DNA of 64,000 nt from Candidatus Daviesbacteria bacterium (GTDB lineage Bacteria > Patescibacteriota > Microgenomatia > Daviesbacterales > UBA10151): contig JBEPVZ010000003.1 in the NCBI GenBank assembly GCA_041690695.1, positions 13,633 to 77,632 of the forward strand, given 5' to 3'. Made by a program: the position numbers and the translations under genes. This document shows positions 1-10,199 of this stretch, piece by piece (positions within the stretch are counted from its first letter, which is position 1; the number at the start of each line of letters is the position of its first letter). The notes beneath the pieces are model-generated. The model saw only the letters and a program-made list of their open reading frames with translations, searched no databases and was not told the origin of the DNA.

Positions 1-447
1 AGGCAAAAGACGTGGTAAAACTGTTGTTGAAGCCGCTTTATGATGAGCCGCAAAGGCTTCATTAATATAAACGTCACCTAAATCCGCAAGTTCTTTGGCG
101 TAGAGAATGTCGGCTTCATCCTCCCCTTTTTCGAAACGTAAATTTTCTAAGATCTGAAGTCGTTCTGGCGGAAAGTCAAAATCCGGAATCTGACTATTAA
201 ACCAATCGACAATCGGACCAACAGATAACTCTTTAACCTCTTGACCTTCTGGCCGACCAACATGACCTAAAATAATGACTTTTTTAGCATATTGGAGACA
301 GAGATAAAGGCTCGGCAAGGCTGCTTTTAATCGAAAGTCCTCAGCCACGACCCGTTTTCCATTAATTTCATTAAAAGGGACATCAATATCTAGCCTGAGT
401 AAAACAGTTTTATTGGCAATAAAGTGAGGAGTCAAGACCCGAGGCAT
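1..447 (-). CDS. pgk: Phosphoglycerate kinase, N-terminal part (runs off window start)
   Basis: Manual translation from ATG at 447: MPRVLTPHFIANKTVLLRLDIDVP...DFRLKAALPSL...ILGHVGRP...LENLRFEKGE...DVYINEAFAAHH, matching PGK motifs; not in ORF track because it is truncated. Confidence 0.9.
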   Translation of the reverse strand, partial: MPRVLTPHFIANKTVLLRLDIDVPFNEINGKRVVAEDFRLKAALPSLYLCLQYAKKVIILGHVGRPEGQEVKELSVGPIVDWFNSQIPDFDFPPERLQILENLRFEKGEDEADILYAKELADLGDVYINEAFAAHHKAASTTVLPRLLP

Positions 448-530
448 AAAGATATATTAGACGATAGTGAGTCGCAGGTGGAAGATAGTATTTTGAAAAG
501 AGAAGAATGTGGTGTGGGCTACGCTAAGCA

Positions 531-605
531 TGGTGGGCAGTAATGGAGTCGAACCATTCACTTCTTCCTTATCAGAGAAGCGTTCTACCGCTGAACTAAC
601 TGCCC
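531..605 (-). tRNA. tRNA-Ile (GAT)
   Basis: Reverse complement GGGCAGTTAGTTCAGCGGTAGAACGCTTCTCTGATAAGGAAGAAGTGAATGGTTCGACTCCATTACTGCCCACCA: cloverleaf, GAT anticodon, TTCGA T-loop, encoded CCA. Confidence 0.95.
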
Positions 606-646
606 ATTAGAATGGTATTTTACGTGTCTTTAGCTTTAAAAACAAG

Positions 647-1654
647 TTATGGAACAACAACTGAAACTTTTGGTGTTCCAAATCTACCAATGACTTCTTG
701 GATCTGTTCCCAATTAGAGGCACCAACAAATGGCACTCCAGAATCTGGACCACTTAGATTACCCATAATTTTCCCGATCTCAATAACCGGTAGACGAGCT
801 GCTTTTAGTGTTTCGACGTTTTTTTGCCAATTAATTGGGGTGACCAGATGAGTCGTTAAACCCTTCAAAATATCCGTACTAGTTAATTTTAGGGTGTTGG
901 TGACATCATCTAAAATCGGATGGGCAGGATCCTTCATCCGAAATTTAAAACCTTTCATAATTCTATTGAACTGATTTTGAGCTGGTCCCATTAACGGATG
1001 GTGTGATAATGTTGCTTCTAAATACTCTCGAATTTTAACATCTGGTAAGCTGGCTTGGAGACTTTCAAGTTGACGGCTAACTCCACCCAGGACATATTTA
1101 TTGGCAGCATTAACAACAGTGATTTGAAATGATTGAACGGCAGCTCCAGCTTCTGCAATCTTCTTAGCTAGATCTCCTTCATAAGTCGCTAAAGCGACGG
1201 TGCCTCCAACTTCTTGGGCAACTTTCCACATCACCTCTCCCCGATCTCTGGCCAATCTTAAAACGACATCCCACGACATGACACCTTCTGCTCCCATGGC
1301 AATAATTTGGGCCAGGCTAGAACCCGCCACAAAAGCTTCATTATCTACCCCATTTTCTCTTAAGTATTCAAGGATCATGGCAGTATTCAAAGCATGGCCT
1401 GGCTGAATAACTCGTGTATCCGCAGCGATTTTTTTACGACGGTCTCCTCCAAATAGGCTAATTGGATCATATAAGGCATGTACACCAATCGGGTAACCTT
1501 CAATCTTACCTAAGTTTTTATTAGTCAGATCATAAAGTCGGCGTGCCCCCCGACTGGCCCGCATTAGATGCTCACCAGTTTCACCTGAAGCTAGTTGACC
1601 ACCTTGAGGTGGAATTCCAAGGATATATCCTTCCTGAGTAATTTCTGAGGACAT
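647..1654 (-). CDS. Divergent ACP S-malonyltransferase (FabD)-like acyltransferase
   Basis: PPQGGQ (cf. FPGQGSQ), AGSSLA (cf. GHSLG), RGEVM, SHHPLMGPA (cf. FHSPLM), PINW. Confidence 0.7.
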   Translation of the reverse strand: MSSEITQEGYILGIPPQGGQLASGETGEHLMRASRGARRLYDLTNKNLGKIEGYPIGVHALYDPISLFGGDRRKKIAADTRVIQPGHALNTAMILEYLRENGVDNEAFVAGSSLAQIIAMGAEGVMSWDVVLRLARDRGEVMWKVAQEVGGTVALATYEGDLAKKIAEAGAAVQSFQITVVNAANKYVLGGVSRQLESLQASLPDVKIREYLEATLSHHPLMGPAQNQFNRIMKGFKFRMKDPAHPILDDVTNTLKLTSTDILKGLTTHLVTPINWQKNVETLKAARLPVIEIGKIMGNLSGPDSGVPFVGASNWEQIQEVIGRFGTPKVSVVVP

Positions 1655-1719
1655 ACTTTTTAGTATACAAAGATTCCCTAGAGTTACATAGCCATAGTTT
1701 TTTGGTACTATATCCCCAC

Positions 1720-1791
1720 GGCACGGTGGTGAAGTGGTAACACAGGAGTCTGCAAAACTTCGACGCGCGGGTTCGATTCCCGCCCGTGCCT
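1720..1791 (+). tRNA. tRNA-Cys (GCA)
   Basis: GGCACGG...CCGTGCC acceptor stem, GGAGT-CTGCAAA-ACTTC anticodon arm, GGTTCGATTCC T-arm, U discriminator; CCA not encoded. Confidence 0.95.
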
Positions 1792-1842
1792 CACGAAAGG
1801 TGTCTTATCTTCTTCTTAACTAATTGCTATAGTATCAGGCAA

Positions 1843-2529
1843 ATGCCAAGGTCCATCGAGGAAGAGCAGGTAATTTTTACATCACGTCGAGATCAAGTCA
1901 GTCGATTTTTAAGAGAGCCCGAATTTGAAGATTTAATAAACGATTTACCTGATCAAACTTGCTTAATTGATATCGCCAGTGGAACAGGAGCAATTATTTC
2001 AGCGATTGATCAATCTCTCCATAACCGTTCTAAACAACTTCAAAGCGCAGTCGGAGTCGATAGTTGGGCCATTCACTCTCAGATCAACTTTGATTCACAA
2101 TTAATGCCATTACTTAATAAAGGTCGTTACGCCCTAAATAAAGATGAAGCCGTCCGAAACTTAAGCGCCTATCAAAGTTATTGTGATGTTCGGCTGGTTC
2201 AATCAGATGCTTTAACCTTTTTAAAGCAATACTCGCTCGATAGTTTTGATTTATTAACCGGCTTTGGCCTACCCTGCACTAAATGTCCGGGTGATCTTAA
2301 AGTCGAACCAATTTTAGATTTAATTGATAAAGCTCATTTTGGCCGACCGGTGTTACTAACAATGGGTTCATTCTCAGATAGATACGTGCCATATATTGAA
2401 AAGGCCATTCACCGCCCTCATTACAATAAGTGGCATCTTTATGCTAGGTATTCTAAAAATCCTGAAGATGTAGGCTGGGATACCTGGGTAGTTACAAATA
2501 GAAAATTAGCCCTTCCTGAAGCAGCTTAA
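1843..2529 (+). CDS. Class I SAM-dependent methyltransferase-like protein
   Basis: LIDIASGTG SAM motif, GVD, QSDAL, SFDLL; start moved to ATG 1843 because the track start (1786) overlaps tRNA-Cys. Confidence 0.6.
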   Translation: MPRSIEEEQVIFTSRRDQVSRFLREPEFEDLINDLPDQTCLIDIASGTGAIISAIDQSLHNRSKQLQSAVGVDSWAIHSQINFDSQLMPLLNKGRYALNKDEAVRNLSAYQSYCDVRLVQSDALTFLKQYSLDSFDLLTGFGLPCTKCPGDLKVEPILDLIDKAHFGRPVLLTMGSFSDRYVPYIEKAIHRPHYNKWHLYARYSKNPEDVGWDTWVVTNRKLALPEAA

Positions 2530-2717
2530 AAACAACTAGACAACTCGAATTCCCAGTTTGAAAAATGATGTTCTAAATAGTGGTGGGTATAGCTTTTTTA
2601 AGAAGGCTATCAGACTTCTGTTACCAAATGCGTGACATTGGTATATATGGATCGAACCCAGGCTATCTTTCCAATTTACATTGAAATTAAGAAATCCTCA
2701 GGTTGACCGAATCTCCA

Positions 2718-4171
<1,454 letters not shown>

Positions 4172-4300
4172 TTATCCAAAAATTGGAATTGACAAGAAAA
4201 CTTGTCTTGTTTCCCACCACTATTCAGTACACCATTATCGAGTGACTGAAGAGTGATTTATACCACAATCATAGACACTGATTGTGGTTGAGTTGTCTTT

Positions 4301-4316
4301 CAGTTGTCAAAGTGCA
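4301..4316 (-). promoter_or_regulatory. BoxA-like antitermination element in rRNA leader
   Basis: Reverse complement TGCACTTTGACAACTG resembles the boxA consensus TGCTCTTTAACA. Confidence 0.6.
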
Positions 4317-4367
4317 GAACACGTACCTTATGGTACATGACAAATCACCTCGCATTGAGGTAGGGGT

Positions 4368-4396
4368 ATTTTATAGGAGTGCCTAGGCGATGTCAA
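4368..4396 (-). promoter_or_regulatory. Sigma70 promoter of 16S rRNA
   Basis: TTGACA-N17-TAAAAT on the minus strand upstream of the rRNA leader. Confidence 0.8.
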
Positions 4397-4402
4397 CCAC
4401 AA

Positions 4403-4867
4403 CTATGCCGCTAACTCAAAGGAGCCGCGGCGAATTGCCCGAACCATGGCCGGACGATACTGTTCTGGTAGAGCCATCGGCTGATTTAATCTTATCAATC
4501 CTTCAGATGGATCTTGAAGGCCGGGCAAGAGGTCGACAGAAACAATAGCTTGGTCCATCTTCCATAGTCCCGCCATGCTTTCATGAACGGGGTTGATCGC
4601 AATCTCTTCAATAAGGATATTTGGACGAGTTATTAAACTATCAAACAGTTGGCTAGGATCAAGTCCAGCCGCATCGAACGCCGGGAGAGTTGATTGAGAT
4701 AGCAACCCAAAATCAGCTGGAGTTAAAGTTAAAACTTGAGCGATATTAATTCTCTGCAAACCAGTTGCAGTCGCAGCACGGATAACCTGTTGTCCGTCCA
4801 CAATTGGAACTTTAGGAGTTAGACCATAAATTAATTGAAGCTCTTTAGCCATTAATGATTCTGACAT
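4403..4867 (-). CDS. Hypothetical protein
   Basis: Likely start ATG 4867 (MSESLMAKEL), directly after the stop of the upstream gene; the track's longer version overlaps that gene. Confidence 0.55.
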   Translation of the reverse strand: MSESLMAKELQLIYGLTPKVPIVDGQQVIRAATATGLQRINIAQVLTLTPADFGLLSQSTLPAFDAAGLDPSQLFDSLITRPNILIEEIAINPVHESMAGLWKMDQAIVSVDLLPGLQDPSEGLIRLNQPMALPEQYRPAMVRAIRRGSFELAA

Positions 4868-4868
4868 A

Positions 4869-5216
4869 TTAAGCTGCTTTCTTAATGGCTTCGTTAATAT
4901 CGAAAAAGCCACCTTTGTTCGGAAAGGCGGTGACATTCGCTGGTAAGCCTCCGGCTGGTGCCACAATGGTTGGTTGTGTAGTCTGGCGATAACGGAAATG
5001 AGAATCAATCCCAATAACCTTTAAAGCTTCTGCGGCTTGAGCGGCCAACTCAGCATCACCTTCCTCAACTTCCTGGTCAATGGCAGCGCTTTCCTGGACC
5101 AAAGCATCTGTCGTTTGAGTTGAGGCCGATTTAGGCGCAGCAGTGCTGGGAGTCGCACCTTCTATAGGTACAATTCCCAACAGCACACTGGCTAATTTGG
5201 GATCCATCTCTGCCAT
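4869..5216 (-). CDS. Hypothetical Ala/acidic-rich protein
   Basis: 115-aa ORF tightly coupled between neighbours on the same strand. Confidence 0.55.
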   Translation of the reverse strand: MAEMDPKLASVLLGIVPIEGATPSTAAPKSASTQTTDALVQESAAIDQEVEEGDAELAAQAAEALKVIGIDSHFRYRQTTQPTIVAPAGGLPANVTAFPNKGGFFDINEAIKKAA

Positions 5217-6289
5217 AAATTGGCGCTTATTCTACTCCTTTTCGGTTTAACAAGCAAGCTAATCGTCGGCTCATCTGGCTTTTGAGATAAAACTTCTTGG
5301 ACCTGAGTTTTTGAAACATTGTCTCCAAATTGTCTTCTCGCTACCGGTAGATGTCGATCATTAACCATCCTGACAATTGATTTAGCTTGGCTTATTGTCA
5401 TTTTACCGATAGCCCGAAGTTCATGTAAAACAGCCGTCAAAGAACCATCAGGCCCTTTTCCGCCAAGTACCTCACTTAATAATTCTGGTTCAGATTGTTT
5501 GATCGCCTGAGCGATCTGCTCTCCTATAATCTCATCCGGAGCTGGGGTAACGTTACCAATTTCAATGACTGCTTGAGTAGCCAGATCATTTCTTTTAGTC
5601 AAAGTATTCTTATCAATTACGTATTTATCACTATTAAGAACAGCTTTTAATTTAAGCTTACCTGGGTAATCTTTGGTAACAGCCTCCTCTGTTTCTTCTT
5701 CTAATAATAGTTTTTGATTCATTCTTTGTTCGATTATTTTCAAAACTCGCGGCTGAAATTTTAATTCTGGCTTAACCATCGGCTGAGGTGCAATTAAACT
5801 TTCAGGAAGAGCTGGAATATTAACACCCAAAAGGACATTTTGAATAACCTGAACATCAGGTTTATGAATTACTGGAGCAAGAACTTCGGGTTTAACAGGA
5901 GAAATCTGAACTGGTTTAGCCTCTGGAATGACTATAACTTTAAAGTTGACCTCTGAGCGAGGAGCTGGGATTGTGTGCGTTGGCTCAGGACTAAACAATC
6001 TCGGGGGTAAAGCGATTTGGCGGCCCATAAGACCAGGTGAGCGACTAATTCCCAGCTTTTGAGCTCCCTTATCGAGGCTAATCGCTCTTTCAAAAAGGCT
6101 CTGGCCAACAGATGGTGCGGTCATAGCTGGTCGTTCTGGAGCAAAACCAGACGAAAAATTGGTATTAATCCGAATTGGGGTCTTAGGTGTGAAAGATTCT
6201 GGAGAAAAAGTTTTAGAGGCTACTCCCACATTGATGCGGGCTGGTCCATGAACTGCTGTCCTTATTGAAGAACCTAGTTCTGGTGACAT
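5192..6289 (-). CDS. Hypothetical protein with Pro-rich low-complexity N-half
   Basis: 365-aa ORF; strong SD AAGGAGG 4 nt before ATG. Confidence 0.65.
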   Translation of the reverse strand: MSPELGSSIRTAVHGPARINVGVASKTFSPESFTPKTPIRINTNFSSGFAPERPAMTAPSVGQSLFERAISLDKGAQKLGISRSPGLMGRQIALPPRLFSPEPTHTIPAPRSEVNFKVIVIPEAKPVQISPVKPEVLAPVIHKPDVQVIQNVLLGVNIPALPESLIAPQPMVKPELKFQPRVLKIIEQRMNQKLLLEEETEEAVTKDYPGKLKLKAVLNSDKYVIDKNTLTKRNDLATQAVIEIGNVTPAPDEIIGEQIAQAIKQSEPELLSEVLGGKGPDGSLTAVLHELRAIGKMTISQAKSIVRMVNDRHLPVARRQFGDNVSKTQVQEVLSQKPDEPTISLLVKPKRSRISANLWQRWIPN

Positions 6290-6350
6290 TTAGCCTCCTT
6301 CCTATTTGGATAGCTATTATACCGCAATAAACCCGAAAAAGCAAGCTAAC

Positions 6351-6764
6351 TTAGTCTAAAACTTCAATTCTAATCTCTATAATATTCTTAGGAAAATGTT
6401 TATCAGCGGTAATAAAAGTATCAACTTTACAAACAATTGCCGTGGCGAGTTGAAGAGCATCTGGCGTACGAAGATTATATTTTGCTCGTAATTTTGCAGC
6501 TTGTAACGCAACCGTTTTGGTAATCTCTCGAATAGTAATTAAGCCAGCTCCACTAATATACTCTAAATATAAAGGTATTTTTGCTTCCCCACCTTCTTTA
6601 AAGACTTTAACCATAATTTCCTCAATAGTTAGCACGGAGGTAAAAGCTTCAATTTTTTGAAGTTTAACTTGATCAAGAACTTGACGAGCCTTTCGACCTA
6701 AAACAGTCTGATCTTCAATAGCGTAAATAAAGATATTTGTGTCGATTGCTACTCTTTTTCCCAC
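6351..6764 (-). CDS. vapC: PIN-domain toxin (VapC family)
   Basis: IDTNIFIY, LRTPDALQLATA, FITADKHF. Confidence 0.9.
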   Translation of the reverse strand: MGKRVAIDTNIFIYAIEDQTVLGRKARQVLDQVKLQKIEAFTSVLTIEEIMVKVFKEGGEAKIPLYLEYISGAGLITIREITKTVALQAAKLRAKYNLRTPDALQLATAIVCKVDTFITADKHFPKNIIEIRIEVLD

Positions 6765-6985
6765 GAGTCTCGTTCTTTATTAATAAATTGTTTGATATCA
6801 GCCTCTTTCCATAAACCTCGCAGGTCAGAGAGATAGTCCTCTGGCCAATTCCGGTCTGGAGTTAAAATAATTTGATCATCAACTGAGTAGACATTGAATT
6901 TTTGCCCAACCGTAATCTTAAGCTTATTTCGAACTTCTTTAGGAATGACTACTTGGAATTTAGTACTGACTTGAGTTTGGATCAT
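6749..6985 (-). CDS. AbrB/MazE-type antitoxin
   Basis: QVSTKFQVVIPKEVRNKLKI swapped-hairpin motif; overlaps the PIN gene. Confidence 0.88.
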   Translation of the reverse strand: MIQTQVSTKFQVVIPKEVRNKLKITVGQKFNVYSVDDQIILTPDRNWPEDYLSDLRGLWKEADIKQFINKERDSWEKE

Positions 6986-7022
6986 AAATTTAGTATAAAA
7001 TATCGTAATACGAAAATCAATA

Positions 7023-7541
7023 TCATTTTACGATCTCATATAAGACTACTCCCAGACTGACTATAACATTCAAACTAATATTCACTCCAAACATTGGTAA
7101 CTCGACGATCGCATTACAAATATCTAAAACCTCTTTCGAAACGCCAGTCGTCTCATTTCCGACGATCAGACAGACCGGCAATTTGTAATCAAATTTGTCA
7201 TATGGAACTGAGTTTTCAGATAGCTCCACCGCCACGACCTGCAAATTTTCAATTGTCAATTTTAAATTTTCAATTGCCGAAATTGCCGTTTCGGCGTATT
7301 CCCACTCTACCCACTCAGTGGTATTAATAGAAGCCTTTTTAATTCGATGATTTGGTGGGATCTCCCCTTCCCCAGTAATAATTACTTTTTTAGCCGCTAC
7401 GGCATCAGCCAGTCGAAAGACTGATCCAATATTATAAGTATCTAAAACATTGTCTAGCAAAATATATATTTCTTGCTTTTTTAGGTCAGTTTTTTGGTGT
7501 TGACCATGACGCAATTCGTAAGCATTTAATTTAAGACTCAT
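7023..7541 (-). CDS. SpoU/TrmH family RNA methyltransferase
   Basis: LDNVLDTYNIGSVFRLADA, VGNETTGVS, LPMFGVNISLNV. Confidence 0.9.
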   Translation of the reverse strand: MSLKLNAYELRHGQHQKTDLKKQEIYILLDNVLDTYNIGSVFRLADAVAAKKVIITGEGEIPPNHRIKKASINTTEWVEWEYAETAISAIENLKLTIENLQVVAVELSENSVPYDKFDYKLPVCLIVGNETTGVSKEVLDICNAIVELPMFGVNISLNVIVSLGVVLYEIVK

Positions 7542-7578
7542 GGATTCAGATTATAGTGGTACATAAATCGATTGACAA

Positions 7579-9048
7579 TCATTGGCCACACAAGGCTATC
7601 GGACAAGAAATTTTCTTTTTGTCGGTATTATTTCCAAACACATCAGTCATCCGCCCCTTCAAGGTATTAAAACAACTTGTTTTTAAGTCTGGTTTGGCGA
7701 CAGATTCACAGAACTGGCTCCCTTGAGTAGTCAAGGCGTCCCCAGAAAAATCAATCACCACGTTTAAGGCTCCTATAATACAATCTTTAGTATAGTTGGG
7801 ATCAACTAAATCACACAAAGCTAGTGTTTTTTGGGGATTATGGAGCATCTGGCCAGACGCATCTCGACCAAAACTCTGAAAGCAGGTTTCTCGCATATTC
7901 CCAGGCGCACTCAAACATTCTTTAGCCACAACCCCAAAGTTATAACCGGACAGATCAAGCATTCGGCTAGTCTGCATTAGATAACATTGATACTCTGCTG
8001 GATAATTTTGAGCAACCTGATCGCAAGGAAAATATGGATCACTATTAACCCAAGTCGTAGCATGATCGACCGGCGATGCCCCTTTACCTTCGGCAGTAAT
8101 AATATTCTCCATAAAAACCCCGCCATAACATGAGTTTTTAGCAAAATCATCATCTAACTCCTGACATAAATCGAGCGCCCAAGGCAAGTTATAGTTTAAA
8201 TATGCCATGACTCCATGACCAACTCCGTGCAGACATTCAAATTTCGTAAATGAAGTTGGAAACTGGGTACAGAGTTTATCAATTTTAGCCGCCAAATTAT
8301 CTGTTCCTTGTTCATATAAAAAAGCCTCCATCGCCCCGTGATAATAGCCACTGTGACAAGCTGAGGAACCATTATGAAAAACGTTTGAATGAGAGATGTT
8401 GTAAGACAAGCGACCAATTAGATGAGCTTCTTGATGACAATCTAGTTCGGCTCCTCCTCCTGCATCAGCTAAAAGTTTAGTCATAGCTCCATCTCCTCCT
8501 ATAATCTTAATCCAGTAACTCATTTTGGAATCGTCATAAGCTAGCTTCATAAAATCGACTTTAGCTAAGTCTTGAGTTAGTTGGTCAGGGAAAAAATGGT
8601 AATAGATCTTATTGACTAAAACCGTCAGATCATCAAATTTGTCACTCACCCCAGCTTTAACAGTTGTCAGACTGAGCCAAGCTGGGTTATTTTGGCCTGA
8701 AGCTTTAATCGTGCCAGTAAATTGCGGATAAAGGTGATCATGCATATTCCAATCTCCAGCTTTATCAAAGACAAAACTCCAACTCTGACCCGCTTTAATA
8801 CCAGTTTTAGGATCAAATTCCGGATAAATTAGATGAGTTGGGTGAAGATCAGAGGCAGGCCAATGATCTTTTGAATCAACATTTATAAATTTGATAGTGT
8901 CATTCTTATTAATAACTAAATTAGGAGGCTGAAAACCATTTGAAGTCATCTTAACTTCATAAGTAGCCGTTTTGGCAACCGGAGTAGTCGCGGCGAAGTT
9001 GGCTAATAAAAAAATACTGGCCACTAAACAGATAATGGTTTTAATCAT
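7579..9048 (-). CDS. Secreted cupredoxin-like domain plus Cys/His-rich helical repeat protein
   Basis: Signal peptide; GFQPPNLVINKNDTIKFIN...HWPASDLHPTH...HDHL; then CHQEAH, CHSGYYHG, CLHGVGHG, CYGGVFME repeats. Confidence 0.7.
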   Translation of the reverse strand: MIKTIICLVASIFLLANFAATTPVAKTATYEVKMTSNGFQPPNLVINKNDTIKFINVDSKDHWPASDLHPTHLIYPEFDPKTGIKAGQSWSFVFDKAGDWNMHDHLYPQFTGTIKASGQNNPAWLSLTTVKAGVSDKFDDLTVLVNKIYYHFFPDQLTQDLAKVDFMKLAYDDSKMSYWIKIIGGDGAMTKLLADAGGGAELDCHQEAHLIGRLSYNISHSNVFHNGSSACHSGYYHGAMEAFLYEQGTDNLAAKIDKLCTQFPTSFTKFECLHGVGHGVMAYLNYNLPWALDLCQELDDDFAKNSCYGGVFMENIITAEGKGASPVDHATTWVNSDPYFPCDQVAQNYPAEYQCYLMQTSRMLDLSGYNFGVVAKECLSAPGNMRETCFQSFGRDASGQMLHNPQKTLALCDLVDPNYTKDCIIGALNVVIDFSGDALTTQGSQFCESVAKPDLKTSCFNTLKGRMTDVFGNNTDKKKISCPIALCGQ

Positions 9049-9066
9049 TTCTTAATATAGGATACC

Positions 9067-9096
9067 TTGACAAGCCATCAGTTACAAAGGGATAAT
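9067..9096 (+). promoter_or_regulatory. Putative sigma70 promoter
   Basis: TTGACA-N18-GATAAT before ATG 9107; a similar TTGACT-N18-AATAAT arrangement lies at 12347-12376 before the paralog. Confidence 0.5.
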
Positions 9097-9106
9097 AATT
9101 TTAGTA

Positions 9107-9574
9107 ATGTCCAGTAAATCCCTAGCTATTTTAATTGTTGTTAGCCTAATTTTGATAATTGCAGCCGGCTTTGGCGGATACTCCTATGGTAAGACTCAAA
9201 ACTCACCTCAAATTCTTCCACTCACAGCCGTCTCTTCACAGACACCAGTATCAGACAGCAATACTTTGCCTTTAGATTTTGCTAATCAAGTCACTTTTCA
9301 AGGTAAGGTTATTCAACTAACAGGTAGCGAAGCAGTGGTAACCAGTCTCAATAATCAGACCAAGACTTTTGTTATTTCCAAAACTGTTAATATCATTGAT
9401 GCTTCAATTCCCCCAAAACCTGGCACAGTATCTGTTAATCCGACCTTAACAACAATCCCACTAAATAAGTCGGCTGCCATTACTTTAGTGCTAATTAATA
9501 ACCAATATCAGATTACAAATGTCATGATCACCCCCCAAATTGCCACTCCTGCTCCAGCTAACTTAACTAAATAA
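9107..9574 (+). CDS. Membrane-anchored small beta-barrel-like protein (paralog of 12384)
   Basis: N-terminal TM; FANQVTFQGKVIQL...NQTKTFVISK...LTTIPLN...YQITNV shared with 12384..12836. Confidence 0.7.
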   Translation: MSSKSLAILIVVSLILIIAAGFGGYSYGKTQNSPQILPLTAVSSQTPVSDSNTLPLDFANQVTFQGKVIQLTGSEAVVTSLNNQTKTFVISKTVNIIDASIPPKPGTVSVNPTLTTIPLNKSAAITLVLINNQYQITNVMITPQIATPAPANLTK

Positions 9575-9579
9575 CCAAC

Positions 9580-10173
9580 ATGTCGAAGAAACATACCCTA
9601 CTCTGGTTTGGGATGATTATTTTAGGATGTTTTCTAATCGTTGCTCTATCTCTCTGGATTGCTCGAGTGAGGCTGGCCTCCACTCAAGTCGACTCTAGAA
9701 GTCAGAAAACGTCGTTAGTAGTGAAAGCTCCACCTCAAAATAATACTCCCACAAGCGTTCTGTCATTTTCTCCAGCGACCTTAGTTGTAGCCACAGCGTC
9801 AGCCCGTCAAGTCGAGACGGTTTTTGTTAATATTGATTCCGGGATGAATGATCTCCAAAAGATTAACCTCGATCTAAATTATGATCCCAATGTATTAACT
9901 AACCTTGAAGTCAGTCCTGGAGGAGCCGTCCTTTATAGTTCGCCGGATGTTAAATCTTCAGCCGAAAACGGTCATATTAATCTGTCCGCAACCCTCAACA
10001 CCAGTGGTTCGACAGCCTCATCAATTAAAGGTCCTGTTTTAAAAATTAGCTTTACCCCAAAGAGTGGAATATTCACGACTAACATCAAGTTTCTACCGAC
10101 CACAACTTTATTTGGTTCAGACAATAAACCGACTCTTAAATCTATAGCTGAGGAGGTCATACGCACAAATTAA
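9580..10173 (+). CDS. Membrane-anchored cohesin-like domain protein
   Basis: N-terminal TM; LSFSP...VNIDSG...LDLNYDPNVL...GPVLKISF pattern typical of cohesin/Ig beta-sandwiches. Confidence 0.6.
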   Translation: MSKKHTLLWFGMIILGCFLIVALSLWIARVRLASTQVDSRSQKTSLVVKAPPQNNTPTSVLSFSPATLVVATASARQVETVFVNIDSGMNDLQKINLDLNYDPNVLTNLEVSPGGAVLYSSPDVKSSAENGHINLSATLNTSGSTASSIKGPVLKISFTPKSGIFTTNIKFLPTTTLFGSDNKPTLKSIAEEVIRTN

Positions 10174-10199
10174 CAACTTTCCTGAGCTTTTTAATAGTC

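Noticed and set aside
7579-8500. Multiheme cytochrome c
   Set aside because: Cys/His-rich but contains no CxxCH motifs
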